DNA of 47,227 nucleotides from Thermomicrobiales bacterium (GCA_035708265.1 DASSSV010000461.1:1-47227), one strand, 5' to 3'; positions 23,990 through 32,068 are shown, numbered from the stretch's first letter. The notes: generated by a model from the sequence alone, not told the origin. Made by a program: numbers and translations.

Positions 23990-25126
23990 GTGGCGGACCC
24001 GGTGCGCTGTCAAGCGGCGCTTCCCCTGGTGTCGGTCATCACCCCGACGTTCAACCGCGCGCGATACCTCGAGGAGACGATCGAGAGCGTCCTCGGTCAG
24101 GATTACCCATGCGTCGAGTACATCGTGCTCGACGACGGATCCACTGATGCGACCGGGAAGATGCTGGAGCGGTATCGCAACCGCCTGGTCGCGCTGCGCC
24201 ACGAGAATCACGGGCAAGCCTGGACGGTAAACCGGGGCTTTGCGCAGGCGAGCGGCGAGTTCATCTGCCTTGTCAACTCGGACGACCCTTTACCGCAAGG
24301 CGCGCTACGCGAACTCGCGGCGGCGCTCTCCGCCGATCCCGATGTGGCGCTCGTCTACCCTGACTGGGACATGGTGGATGAAGAGGGCGAGTTCCTCCAC
24401 CACATCTCGCTGCCCGACTACTCCTACGTCGACATGGTCCGGTGGTTCTTGTGCGTCCCCGGACCGGGCACGATGTTCCGCCGCAAGCTCGTCGCCGACG
24501 CCGGCGGGTGGGACACCTCGTATCACCACTGCCCCGACTACGAGTGGTTCGTCCGCGCCGGCCTGCACGGCGCCTTCCTGCATCTGCCGCAAACGCTGGC
24601 GCAGTGGCGCCAGCACGAGGAGTCGATCACTACTTCGGAGCGCGGGCTGGCTCGGGCGCACGAGTACTGCCGACTGATGGAAGACTTCTTCGCGCGCGAC
24701 GACCTGCCACCGGACCTCCGCGCCGTGGAGGGTGAGGCGCTGCGCAACGCCTACATCACGGCTGCGCTGATGATGACCCACGACCCCAGCGCGCCGAACC
24801 ATCGCTTCCAGATCAGCGACAACCTCGGCGCTATTCTGGCAAACCCCGAATACCGCCGGCGACCGACCTCGCGGACCAAGGACGGCGTGATTTACGACCT
24901 CCAGGTCAGCCTGGGAGAGGCGGGGGAGGCGATTGCGTGGCTGCAAGGACTGGTGGCAGAACGGGATGCGATCATCGCCCGGCAAGAGGAGGGGATCGCC
25001 TGGCTGCGGGGCTTGCTGGCGGAACGGGAGACGACCATCGCCGTGCAGGAGGAGGGGATCGCCTGGCTGCGCGGGCTGCTGGCCGAACGCGGGGTCATGC
25101 TGGCCGCCGATGGGCGGGCCCACTGA
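23990..25126 (+). CDS. family 2 glycosyltransferase with a C-terminal coiled-coil repeat region
   Basis: Frame of track ORF 23684..25126. The start is uncertain; GTG 23990 (ACGGAG upstream) avoids overlapping the divergent gene. VSVITPTFNRARYLEETIESVLGQDYPCVEYIVLDDGSTD...LVNSDD is the GT-A/GT2 signature. Confidence 0.8.
   Translation: MADPVRCQAALPLVSVITPTFNRARYLEETIESVLGQDYPCVEYIVLDDGSTDATGKMLERYRNRLVALRHENHGQAWTVNRGFAQASGEFICLVNSDDPLPQGALRELAAALSADPDVALVYPDWDMVDEEGEFLHHISLPDYSYVDMVRWFLCVPGPGTMFRRKLVADAGGWDTSYHHCPDYEWFVRAGLHGAFLHLPQTLAQWRQHEESITTSERGLARAHEYCRLMEDFFARDDLPPDLRAVEGEALRNAYITAALMMTHDPSAPNHRFQISDNLGAILANPEYRRRPTSRTKDGVIYDLQVSLGEAGEAIAWLQGLVAERDAIIARQEEGIAWLRGLLAERETTIAVQEEGIAWLRGLLAERGVMLAADGRAH
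24927..25094 (+). repeat. 63-nt (21-codon) tandem repeat, about 2.7 copies, inside the GT2 gene
   Basis: gaggcgattgcgtggctgcaaggactggtggcagaacgggatgcgatcatcgcccggcaagag / gaggggatcgcctggctgcggggcttgctggcggaacgggagacgaccatcgccgtgcaggag / gaggggatcgcctggctgcgcgggctgctggccgaacgc... These encode E(A/G)IAWL(Q/R)GL(V/L)AER...I(A/I)..QE. Confidence 0.85.
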
Positions 25127-25222
25127 TCCGGGGCGCAACCCCGGCCGGTATCGTGGTTGTGCCGCTGCCCGCGGCGGGCGCGGGGGAGGTGGAGTATTGG
25201 GGGGCTGAAGGCGTTGCCGGCG

Positions 25223-26137
25223 ATGAGCGATAATTTGCCCTCCCCCCATCGTGTGCTGATCCTTGGCGGCACGGGCATGCTGGGGCATAAACTCTGGCAG
25301 GTCTGTCGCGCTTACTTCGACACCTCCATCACGGTCCGGACGGATGATGTGGCCCGCCTCCCGCGGGCGATCTTCGATCCCGACCGGGCGATCCCAGGCG
25401 TCGCCGCGACCGACTTCGACAGTGTCGTGCGCGCGTTCGCGGCGGTGCGCCCGACCGTCGTCGTCAACTGCATCGGCATCGTCAAGCAGCGACGCGCCGC
25501 GCAAGACGCGCTCGCCAGCATCGCCGTGAACGCGACGTTCCCGCACCGGCTGGCGCTGCTCTGCCGGGCGACCGGGACGCGCCTCATCCACGTCTCGACC
25601 GACTGTGTCTTCTCGGGCAGGCGCGGGGCCTATACCGAGAGCGACCTCCCCGATCCCTTGGACCTCTACGGTCGGACCAAGTTGCTGGGCGAGATTGAGG
25701 ACGGCGCCCTCACGATCCGCACGTCCCTGATCGGGCGCGAGTTGTCCACCTCGCAGGGGCTCATCGAGTGGTTCTTGAGCCGGCGCGGCGGCGCGGTCCC
25801 CGGCTTCCGCCGCGCGATCTTCAGTGGCCTGACGACCAGCGCGCTGGCCGAGGCGATTGCCGCGCTCATCCGGGAAGCGCCGTTGCTCACCGGGATCTGG
25901 CACGTCGCGGCGGCGCCCATCGCGAAGTACGACCTCCTGGCGCTCGTCCGCGATGCCATACGCCTCGATATCGAGCTGCTCCCCGATGAGCGGGTCGCGA
26001 TCGACCGGAGCCTGGACGGGACGCGGTTCAGTGCCGCAACGGGCTGGCGGGCGCCGTCCTGGCCCGAGATGGTCGCCGCGCTGGCGGGCGACCCGACGCC
26101 CTATGGCGATCTGCGGGAGGACCATGCTGACGAATAA
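25223..26137 (+). CDS. RmlD-like NAD(P)-dependent sugar-nucleotide reductase (FnlB/WbvR-like role)
   Basis: In-frame ATG 25223 of track ORF 25157..26137. VLILGGTGMLGHKL Rossmann motif, VVNCIG, STDCVFSG, YGRTKLLGE (YxxxK). Confidence 0.75.
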   Translation: MSDNLPSPHRVLILGGTGMLGHKLWQVCRAYFDTSITVRTDDVARLPRAIFDPDRAIPGVAATDFDSVVRAFAAVRPTVVVNCIGIVKQRRAAQDALASIAVNATFPHRLALLCRATGTRLIHVSTDCVFSGRRGAYTESDLPDPLDLYGRTKLLGEIEDGALTIRTSLIGRELSTSQGLIEWFLSRRGGAVPGFRRAIFSGLTTSALAEAIAALIREAPLLTGIWHVAAAPIAKYDLLALVRDAIRLDIELLPDERVAIDRSLDGTRFSAATGWRAPSWPEMVAALAGDPTPYGDLREDHADE

Positions 26138-27179
26138 GCGCGTGCTGATCACGGGTGGGACGGGGTCGATCGGAACCGTCCTGGTCAGGCGCTTACTGTG
26201 CGGCGAGTTCGGCCTGCCCCGCGAGGTCACCGTCTTCTCCCGCGACGAGGCGAAGCAGTACGCGATGCGCGTCGCGATCGAACAGGGCGCGAGCGGGGAC
26301 GCGACCTATCGCGAACGCAGGCGCCTGAGCTTCCACATCGGGGACGTCGCCAACTATCCCGCGGTCGTCGCCGCGCTCCGCCGGGCGGACGTCGTCTTCC
26401 ACGCGGCCGCGTTGAAGCAGGTGCCGACGGCCGAGTTCTTCCCTTCCGAAGCGATCCGGACGAACGTCGCGGGGGCGGAGAACATCGTCCGGGCGATCCG
26501 TGAGTATGGCTTCCCGGTGGAGGCGGTCGTCGGGATCTCGACGGATAAAGCCTGCAAGCCCGTCAACGTGATGGGCATGACCAAGGCCCTCCAGGAGCGG
26601 ATCTTCGTGCAGGCGAACCTGCACTGCGCGGCTACGCGCTTCGTCGTCGCGCGGTACGGCAATGTGCTCGCCTCGCGCGGTTCGGTGATCCCGCTCTTCC
26701 ACAGGCAGGTGAGAGCCGGCGGCCCCGTGACGATCACCACGCCGGAGATGACGCGATTCCTCATGAGCCTCGACCAGGCGGTCGACACGATTCTCGCCGC
26801 GCTCGTCGGCGCGCACCCCGGCGAGATCGTCGTGCCGCGGATCCCGTCGGCGCGCATGACCGATGTCGCGGCGGCCTTGATTGGCGAGCGCCCGATCGAG
26901 ATCAGGTTCGTCGGCATCCGGCCGGGCGAGAAGACGCACGAAATCTTGGTCTCCGAGGAAGAGGCGCTGCGCACCGTGCGGCGTGGCGACTACTATGCCA
27001 TCGCGCCGATGACGCCCGAACTCCAGCCGAAGACCGACGACCCGCCGTACGGCGAGCGCGAGTATAGCTCCGCGGACCACCTGATGCCGCACTCGGGCGT
27101 GGTGGACCTGCTGCGCAGCCACGGCCTCTTGCTGGACGATCGGCCAGCCTTCCTCGAAGATGCCCTATCCAAGAATTAG
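26124..27179 (+). CDS. UDP-N-acetylglucosamine 4,6-dehydratase, CapE/FnlA/WbjB-like (short CapD family)
   Basis: In-frame ATG 26124 (GGGAGGACC upstream) of track ORF 25857..27179; overlaps the upstream stop by 14 nt. VLITGGTGSIG, HAAALKQVP, ISTDKACKPVNVMGMTKAL (MxxxK in place of YxxxK, as I recall for CapE-type enzymes), ARYGNVLASRGSVIPLF. Confidence 0.8.
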   Translation: MLTNKRVLITGGTGSIGTVLVRRLLCGEFGLPREVTVFSRDEAKQYAMRVAIEQGASGDATYRERRRLSFHIGDVANYPAVVAALRRADVVFHAAALKQVPTAEFFPSEAIRTNVAGAENIVRAIREYGFPVEAVVGISTDKACKPVNVMGMTKALQERIFVQANLHCAATRFVVARYGNVLASRGSVIPLFHRQVRAGGPVTITTPEMTRFLMSLDQAVDTILAALVGAHPGEIVVPRIPSARMTDVAAALIGERPIEIRFVGIRPGEKTHEILVSEEEALRTVRRGDYYAIAPMTPELQPKTDDPPYGEREYSSADHLMPHSGVVDLLRSHGLLLDDRPAFLEDALSKN

Positions 27180-27193
27180 CAGGAGCGGCGCCA

Positions 27194-28555
27194 TTGCGGC
27201 TGTTCTTCGTCGTCCACGGCTTCCCGCCGGACCAGCCCGGCGTCTGGACCGCTCACCACGTCCGGGAGTTGGCCCCGCGCCACGACATCTGCGTCTTCGT
27301 CCTCGCCACGGATCCCGCCAGGGAGCATTTCGAGCAGTGGCAGACCTTTGACCAGGGTGCCCTTGTCTGGCGCCTGAACAACCTGCGGGTCGACCACCTC
27401 CGCGGGTTCGCCAACCCGCAGATCGACGACATGTTCGACTATGCGCTGGGCTACTTCTCCCCGGATATCGTCCACTATGAGCATGTGATCGGGCTCTCCG
27501 CGACGCTCCTGACGCGCGCACATGGACGGGGCATCCCGTCCGTCCTCGCCCTCTACGACTACTATTGGGTCTGTCCCCGCGTGAACCTCGTACGTGGCGA
27601 CCACAGCCTGTGCGACGGCCCCAGTCACGCCTTCGACTGCGTGACCTGTATGGACGGCCCCGGCATCCCGCCCCCGGCCGACCGTGTCCTTGCTGGCGCC
27701 ACATCCAACGGTCGCGGTGTCGCCTTGCCGCGCCGTGTTGCGCTGAGCCGGACGGCGCTCGCGCGGCGGATCCGGCCCGTCGCGAATCGTGGCGGGGGCG
27801 ACGACCTCGTCGCGCCGCAACCCTGGTGGCACCACCTCCACGACTATCGCCTCAACGCGATGCGCGCGCTCATCGAGTACCCGGATGTCATCACCGCCTG
27901 CTCCGATTCGCTGCGCGACGACATGACGCGGCTGCTCGGGCTCCCCGCGGGGCGCATCCGCACCGTGTCGCTCGGCGTCCCTCCGCTCCCCGCGCCGGCC
28001 GAACACACGCCGCACGAGCGCGTGCGCGTCCGCTATCTAGGCGTCATCGCGCCCCACAAGGGGCTCCATGTGCTCGCGCGAGCGGCGACCGAGCTCGCCG
28101 GCCTGCCGGTCGAGTTCCACCTGCACGGCACGGCCGAGCCGCCCTACCTCGCGAGCGTCCTGGCGGAGCACCCGGCGATCGTCCACCACGGCCCTTACGG
28201 TCGCGCCGACTTGGCGGGCATCCTGGGCGAGACGGACGTGCTGGTACTGCCGACGCTGTCGCGCGAGACCTTCTCGTTCGTCATCCGCGAGGCGGCGCTG
28301 GCGCGGGTGCCGGTCGTCGCCTCGCACCTCGGGTCTATCCCGGACTTCATTCGAGATGGGGAGAATGGTCTCCTGGTGCCCCCCGGATCGGTCGCGGATC
28401 TCGCGGCCGCACTCCGGCGTCTTGCGGGCGATCCGGGGTTACGGTCCCGGCTCGGCGGCTCGGCGCCGACGATCCGCTCGATCGGCGACTATTCCGCGGA
28501 GATGGTAGGCATCTATGCCGAGCTCCATCGCGGGGCGCAGGAGAGCGGCGCGTGA
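27194..28555 (+). CDS. family 4 (GT-B) glycosyltransferase
   Basis: Track ORF. The C-terminal GT1/GT4 region is LVLPTLSRETFSFVIREAALARVPVVASHLGSIPDFIRDGENGLLVPPG (EX7E-type motif). Confidence 0.8.
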   Translation: MRLFFVVHGFPPDQPGVWTAHHVRELAPRHDICVFVLATDPAREHFEQWQTFDQGALVWRLNNLRVDHLRGFANPQIDDMFDYALGYFSPDIVHYEHVIGLSATLLTRAHGRGIPSVLALYDYYWVCPRVNLVRGDHSLCDGPSHAFDCVTCMDGPGIPPPADRVLAGATSNGRGVALPRRVALSRTALARRIRPVANRGGGDDLVAPQPWWHHLHDYRLNAMRALIEYPDVITACSDSLRDDMTRLLGLPAGRIRTVSLGVPPLPAPAEHTPHERVRVRYLGVIAPHKGLHVLARAATELAGLPVEFHLHGTAEPPYLASVLAEHPAIVHHGPYGRADLAGILGETDVLVLPTLSRETFSFVIREAALARVPVVASHLGSIPDFIRDGENGLLVPPGSVADLAAALRRLAGDPGLRSRLGGSAPTIRSIGDYSAEMVGIYAELHRGAQESGA

Positions 28556-29628
28556 AGGTGCTGACCATCCTGGGCACGCGCCCGGAGATCATCCGCCTCA
28601 GCCGCACGATCGCCCGGCTCGACCAGCTCTGCGAGCACACCCTCGTACACACCGGGCAGAACTTCGACCCCGCGCTCAGCGACGTCTTCTTCCGCGAACT
28701 CGGCGTCCGCCAGCCCGACCACTACCTGGACGTGCGCGGGGAGTCGAGCGGCGCGCGGGTCGGGCAGATCCTGACCGAGAGCGAGAGGCTGATGCGGCGC
28801 GTGCGCCCCGATCGCCTGCTCATCCTCGGCGACACCGACAGCGCGCTGAGCGCCTTCATCGCCAAGCGGCTCGGCATCCCGGTCTATCACATGGAGGCCG
28901 GCAATCGCTGCTTCGACGACCGGGTGCCCGAAGAAGTCAACCGCCGCGTCATCGACCATTGCAGCGATGTCCTCTTGCCCTACACCGAGCGCAGCCGCGC
29001 CAACCTCCTGCGGGAAGGGATCGAGTCGCGGCGCGTGTACGTGACGGGCAACCCCATCAACGAAGTCTTGCGGGCGCACGAGGGCGACATCGCCGGCAGC
29101 GACGTCCTCGCCCGCCTGGGACTGGAACCGGGCGGCTACTTCCTGCTCACCGCGCACCGGCAGGAGAACGTCGACGTGCCCGCGCGGTTGCGCTCTCTGG
29201 TGGAGGCCGCGGCCCGGGTCGCGGCGGAATACGGCCTGCTCGTCATTTGCAGCGTCCACCCGCGGACACGCCAGCGCATCGCGGAGTTCGGCGTCGCGCC
29301 GGATGACGCCGGGGTGCGACTCTACCCACCGTTCGGCTTCTTCGACTTCGTGCAACTCGAGCGGCGGGCCCGCTGCGTCCTGACCGACAGTGGGACGGTT
29401 CAGGAGGAGTGCTGCATCTTCCGCGTCCCCACCGTGACGATCCGCGACACGACCGAGCGCCCCGAGACGCTCGAATGCGGCAGCAACACGCTGAGCGGTG
29501 TGGATCCGGCCGCCGTCCTCCGCTGTGTGCGGCTGGCACTGGCGGACCCACCGACGTGGAGCCCGCCGCCGGAGTACCTGGCGCCGACGGTGAGCCAGAC
29601 CGTCGCCTCGCTGGTGCTGGGCCACTGA
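28552..29628 (+). CDS. UDP-N-acetylglucosamine 2-epimerase (non-hydrolysing; FnlC/CapG/WecB family)
   Basis: In-frame GTG 28552 in track ORF 27565..29628; GTGA overlap with the GT4 stop. VKVLTILGTRPEIIRLS...HTGQNFD...LILGDTDSAL...HMEAGNRCFD...PEEVNRRVIDH...DSGTVQEE. Confidence 0.9.
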   Translation: MKVLTILGTRPEIIRLSRTIARLDQLCEHTLVHTGQNFDPALSDVFFRELGVRQPDHYLDVRGESSGARVGQILTESERLMRRVRPDRLLILGDTDSALSAFIAKRLGIPVYHMEAGNRCFDDRVPEEVNRRVIDHCSDVLLPYTERSRANLLREGIESRRVYVTGNPINEVLRAHEGDIAGSDVLARLGLEPGGYFLLTAHRQENVDVPARLRSLVEAAARVAAEYGLLVICSVHPRTRQRIAEFGVAPDDAGVRLYPPFGFFDFVQLERRARCVLTDSGTVQEECCIFRVPTVTIRDTTERPETLECGSNTLSGVDPAAVLRCVRLALADPPTWSPPPEYLAPTVSQTVASLVLGH

Positions 29629-29654
29629 GCGTCCACGACGAACCGTCGAAGACG

Positions 29655-29690
29655 GCGCGGCGGGTGGCCACCGGTGGCCGCCCGCCGCGC
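29655..29690. terminator. bidirectional hairpin between the convergent epimerase and rsr genes
   Basis: gcgcggcgggtggcc (29655..29669) pairs with ggccgcccgccgcgc (29676..29690), with one G-U. Confidence 0.5.
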
Positions 29691-29714
29691 GTTCTGCCGT
29701 GATTTCTGGCGGGT

Positions 29715-31385
29715 TCAGCCTCCCGCTCCATCGCCCACCCCCGGCGCGGCCGCCGCGAAGTCCGCGATGAGTGCCGGGGCCGCGGTGTCGAAGCCGACGA
29801 CGTCGAGCATGCCCGCGTCGTCGGGGTCGGCGATGGTGAAGCCGTTCGACACGAGGCCGACGGTCACCATCCGCGCGGCCGGGTTGACCCGCGCGCGGTA
29901 CTCGCGCAGCGCCGCGGCCGGGTGGACCGGCCCGGCCCACGTCTCCGAGTCGGTGTAGACAGCGAAGACGTCGACCGCGAGGCGATGCTTCAGCGCCCAG
30001 CGCATCGGCAGGGAGCAGTCGGTGCCGCCGAACGGCAGCCCGGCCGTGTAGCGGACGACCTCGTCGAGGCGCTGCCGCGGGTCGATCGCCAGCGGCGCGA
30101 GCCCGCTCACGTCCGCGGGGTTGAGGTTGCGCGCCCAGCCGCCGCCCGACGTGAAGCCGACGATGGTGTGCTCGGCCTCGACGTTCGCCGTGACCAGCGC
30201 CATCGCCGCCGCCGCGACGCGCGGCGTCAGCCCCGGCACGCCGGCGACGACGCCCGCGCCCATCGAGCCGGAGACGTCGAGCGCCAGCAGCCAGTGCCGC
30301 CCGGTCGGCGCAACGTTCCCGAACGCCAGGTAGAACGCGGCGTCGAGCGCCTCGACGACCGCCGCCACCGGCGTCCAGGTGTGCCGCCCGCGCGCGCCAT
30401 GCCCCTGCCCGTAGGTCACGAGCGCGGCCAGCACCGCGAGCGGGTGGATGCGCGCGCGGCGCAGCCCCTCCCGGTCGCCCAGGCGGGCCGCGACCGCCCG
30501 GCTCGCGTCGCTCCCCGGCGCCACCAGGCCGACGCGCGTGAGCGTGGCGAGGTTGCGCAGGAGCGCCCCGAGGGGCAGGCCCTCCAGCAGCGCCTCCCAG
30601 ACGGCCGCCTCCGTCAGCCAGGCGGTCGGGACCGCCTCGCGCGGCAGGCGGTGATCGCGGACCAGCGCGGCGACCTCGCGCGCCGAGGTCGCCCGCTTGG
30701 CGCGCTCGAACGCCCAGATCAGGCGCAGGCCCTCGTCGGGGTGCGGCGCCTCGCCCACGCCCGGCCAGCCGCGCGTCGCCCAGTAGTAGAGCGCCCGGCG
30801 GGTCTCGGTCGCGGGCCGCGGGTGCGCCAGGCGCAGCAGGTCGCGGTGCGACCAGCCGTCGCGCGCCTGGTACTTGACGAGCTGGTAGGCTAGGTCGGCG
30901 TCGCCCCGGTCGGCGTACCAGCCGGCGACGGCGCGGCGCAGGCCGCGGCCCCAGCCGCGCAGGCCGTCGGCGAAGGCGGCGAAGTGCAGGAGGTGCGTGC
31001 CGGTGCGCGCGACCCGCGGCAGCGCCGCCAGCGCCGCCCGGCGGGTGGCGTCGTCGCCCTCCGCCGCGGCGAGCGCGAGCGCGAAGAGCGCCGGGTCATT
31101 CTTCGGCGCGCGCCCGGCCTCGGAGACCGCGACGATGCGCCACACGGCGCGAGGGCCGTCCGCCGCGAGGCAGCGCGCCAACGCCCGCGCATTCTCCCGG
31201 GTCAGCGCCGGCTCGGTCGCGTAGTACGACCCGCCTTCGCTGCCGAGGACGAGGAAGCGGTCGAGCCGCGTCCAGTCGTCGACCGCCCAGGCGTAGCCGC
31301 CGGCGCTGTTCGGCGCCTGCGCGGAGCCGGGCAGCGGCAGCGACTGGGGCGTCGCACGCGTCGCCAGGGGCTTCAGGTAGCGCAT
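29715..31385 (-). CDS. rsr: Ro60-related protein (TROVE domain plus C-terminal vWA domain)
   Basis: Track ORF (556 aa). NSAGGYAWAVDDWTRLDRFLVLGSEGGSYYA, AGRAPKNDPALFALALAA, YQLVKYQARDGWSHRDLLRLAHP, then vWA with MIDAS-like LLALDVSGSM...GGTDCSLPMRWA...VFAVYTDSETW. This is the TROVE/Ro60 architecture. AAGGAGG upstream of ATG 31385. Confidence 0.9.
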   Translation of the reverse strand: MRYLKPLATRATPQSLPLPGSAQAPNSAGGYAWAVDDWTRLDRFLVLGSEGGSYYATEPALTRENARALARCLAADGPRAVWRIVAVSEAGRAPKNDPALFALALAAAEGDDATRRAALAALPRVARTGTHLLHFAAFADGLRGWGRGLRRAVAGWYADRGDADLAYQLVKYQARDGWSHRDLLRLAHPRPATETRRALYYWATRGWPGVGEAPHPDEGLRLIWAFERAKRATSAREVAALVRDHRLPREAVPTAWLTEAAVWEALLEGLPLGALLRNLATLTRVGLVAPGSDASRAVAARLGDREGLRRARIHPLAVLAALVTYGQGHGARGRHTWTPVAAVVEALDAAFYLAFGNVAPTGRHWLLALDVSGSMGAGVVAGVPGLTPRVAAAAMALVTANVEAEHTIVGFTSGGGWARNLNPADVSGLAPLAIDPRQRLDEVVRYTAGLPFGGTDCSLPMRWALKHRLAVDVFAVYTDSETWAGPVHPAAALREYRARVNPAARMVTVGLVSNGFTIADPDDAGMLDVVGFDTAAPALIADFAAAAPGVGDGAGG

Positions 31386-31427
31386 AGCCTGCCTCCTTGC
31401 CAGCCCGCGCGGGCCGGCGCTGCGAAC

Positions 31428-31513
31428 GGGTGATGGGCGAAGCGGGCGCCTCGGCGCCGGGCTCCCAGGTCTCCGACTTCGTGCGGGATAACCGAAGCGC
31501 GACGGCCCATCCC
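31428..31513 (-). ncRNA. structured rsr leader element with a Y-RNA-like terminal helix (bulged C) and a GGUUAUC motif
   Basis: Minus strand: GGGAUGGGC-C-GUCGCG CUUCGGUUAUCCCGCACGAAG ... GGCGCCGAGGCGCC CGCUUC GCCCAUC. GAUGGGC (31511..31505) pairs with GCCCAUC (31438..31432), followed by a single unpaired C on the 5' strand and then GCG/CGC. Contains GGGCCG-N9-GGUUAUC as in the upstream units. Confidence 0.4.
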
Positions 31514-31644
31514 GGTGGCGGCGGAGGGATTCGAACCCTCGTCTCTCCGGTGAAAGCGGTAACCCTCACCCTCCGGCCCGCGCGGGGCGCCAGGCAAGGT
31601 GTGGCCGAGGGTAGTAGCGTGCTAGGCCCCTACACCACGCCGCC
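31514..31644 (-). ncRNA. tRNA-shaped RNA unit 1 (tRNA-Glu-like arms) with a 56-nt internal module; candidate Rsr-associated Y-like RNA
   Basis: Minus strand: GGCGGCG UG GUGU AGGGGCCUA GCAC G CU [ACUACCCUCGGCCACACCUUGCCUGGCGCCCCGCGCGGGCCGGAGGGUGAGGGUUA] CCG CUUUCAC CGGAG AGAC GAGGG UUCGAAU CCCUC CGCCGCC A CC. Acceptor, D and T arms are canonical and the variable loop is 4 nt, as in tRNA-Glu. CCA is not encoded. Confidence 0.6.
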
Positions 31645-31744
31645 GGGGGATGTCCTGCTCTTGCTTTGGGCCTCGGTCGGTGGGGCGCTCCCGCGGCCGG
31701 GAGCGGCGGTCACAGCCGTTGGCGCCGGCTGGCGACCGTTCCGT

Positions 31745-31830
31745 CGCGGCGGGGGCGGGATTCGCGCCGAAGCCGGGCACTACCCGCACGCGGCCGGCCC
31801 GTCTCCGGGCGGGGCATCGTGAAGGGATCG
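31745..31830 (-). ncRNA. decayed copy of the module/T-arm part of the unit (no intact cloverleaf)
   Basis: Minus strand: GAUCCCUUC...GCCCG GAGA CGGGCCGG CCGCGUGCGGGUAGUGCCCGG CUUC GGCG CGAAUCC CGCC CCCGCCGC. The element order matches the units (CCCUC-like, GCCCG-loop-CGGGCCG, GGGU-A-U-type motif, degenerate T arm, CGCCGC), but D and T loops are not canonical. Confidence 0.3.
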
Positions 31831-31902
31831 CGCGTGCCCGGCGTGTCTGCCCGTTTCACCATCCCCCTCACCCTGTCTCGCTCGCTGCTCGTTCACCGTC
31901 CG

Positions 31903-32026
31903 GGGCGGCGGCGGGACTCGAACCCGCAACCTACCGGTTATCAGCCGATAACCCTCGACCTGCGGCCCGCGATGCGGGCAAGGGGACGGCGGAGGGCAGT
32001 TGCTCTGCCAGTTGAGCTACGCCGCC
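31903..32026 (-). ncRNA. tRNA-shaped RNA unit 2 with a 51-nt internal module; candidate Rsr-associated Y-like RNA
   Basis: Minus strand: GGCGGCG UA GCUC AACUGGCA GAGC A AC [UGCCCUCCGCCGUCCCCUUGCCCGCAUCGCGGGCCGCAGGUCGAGGGUUAU] CGG CUGAUAA CCGGU AGGUU GCGGG UUCGAGU CCCGC CGCCGCC C. The acceptor stem is the same as in unit 1. CCA is not encoded. Confidence 0.6.
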
Positions 32027-32068
32027 CGGTCCCGGTGAATGGTGTCGCGCCCTGGCGGGCGCGGCGCC

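Noticed and set aside
31645-31744. Additional tRNA-like unit or promoter in the spacer upstream of unit 1
   Set aside because: Only generic GC-rich hairpins (CUCCCG-GCCG-CGGGAG, GCGAC-GGAACG-GUCGC) are present. No D or T loop motifs and no -35/-10 pair could be identified.
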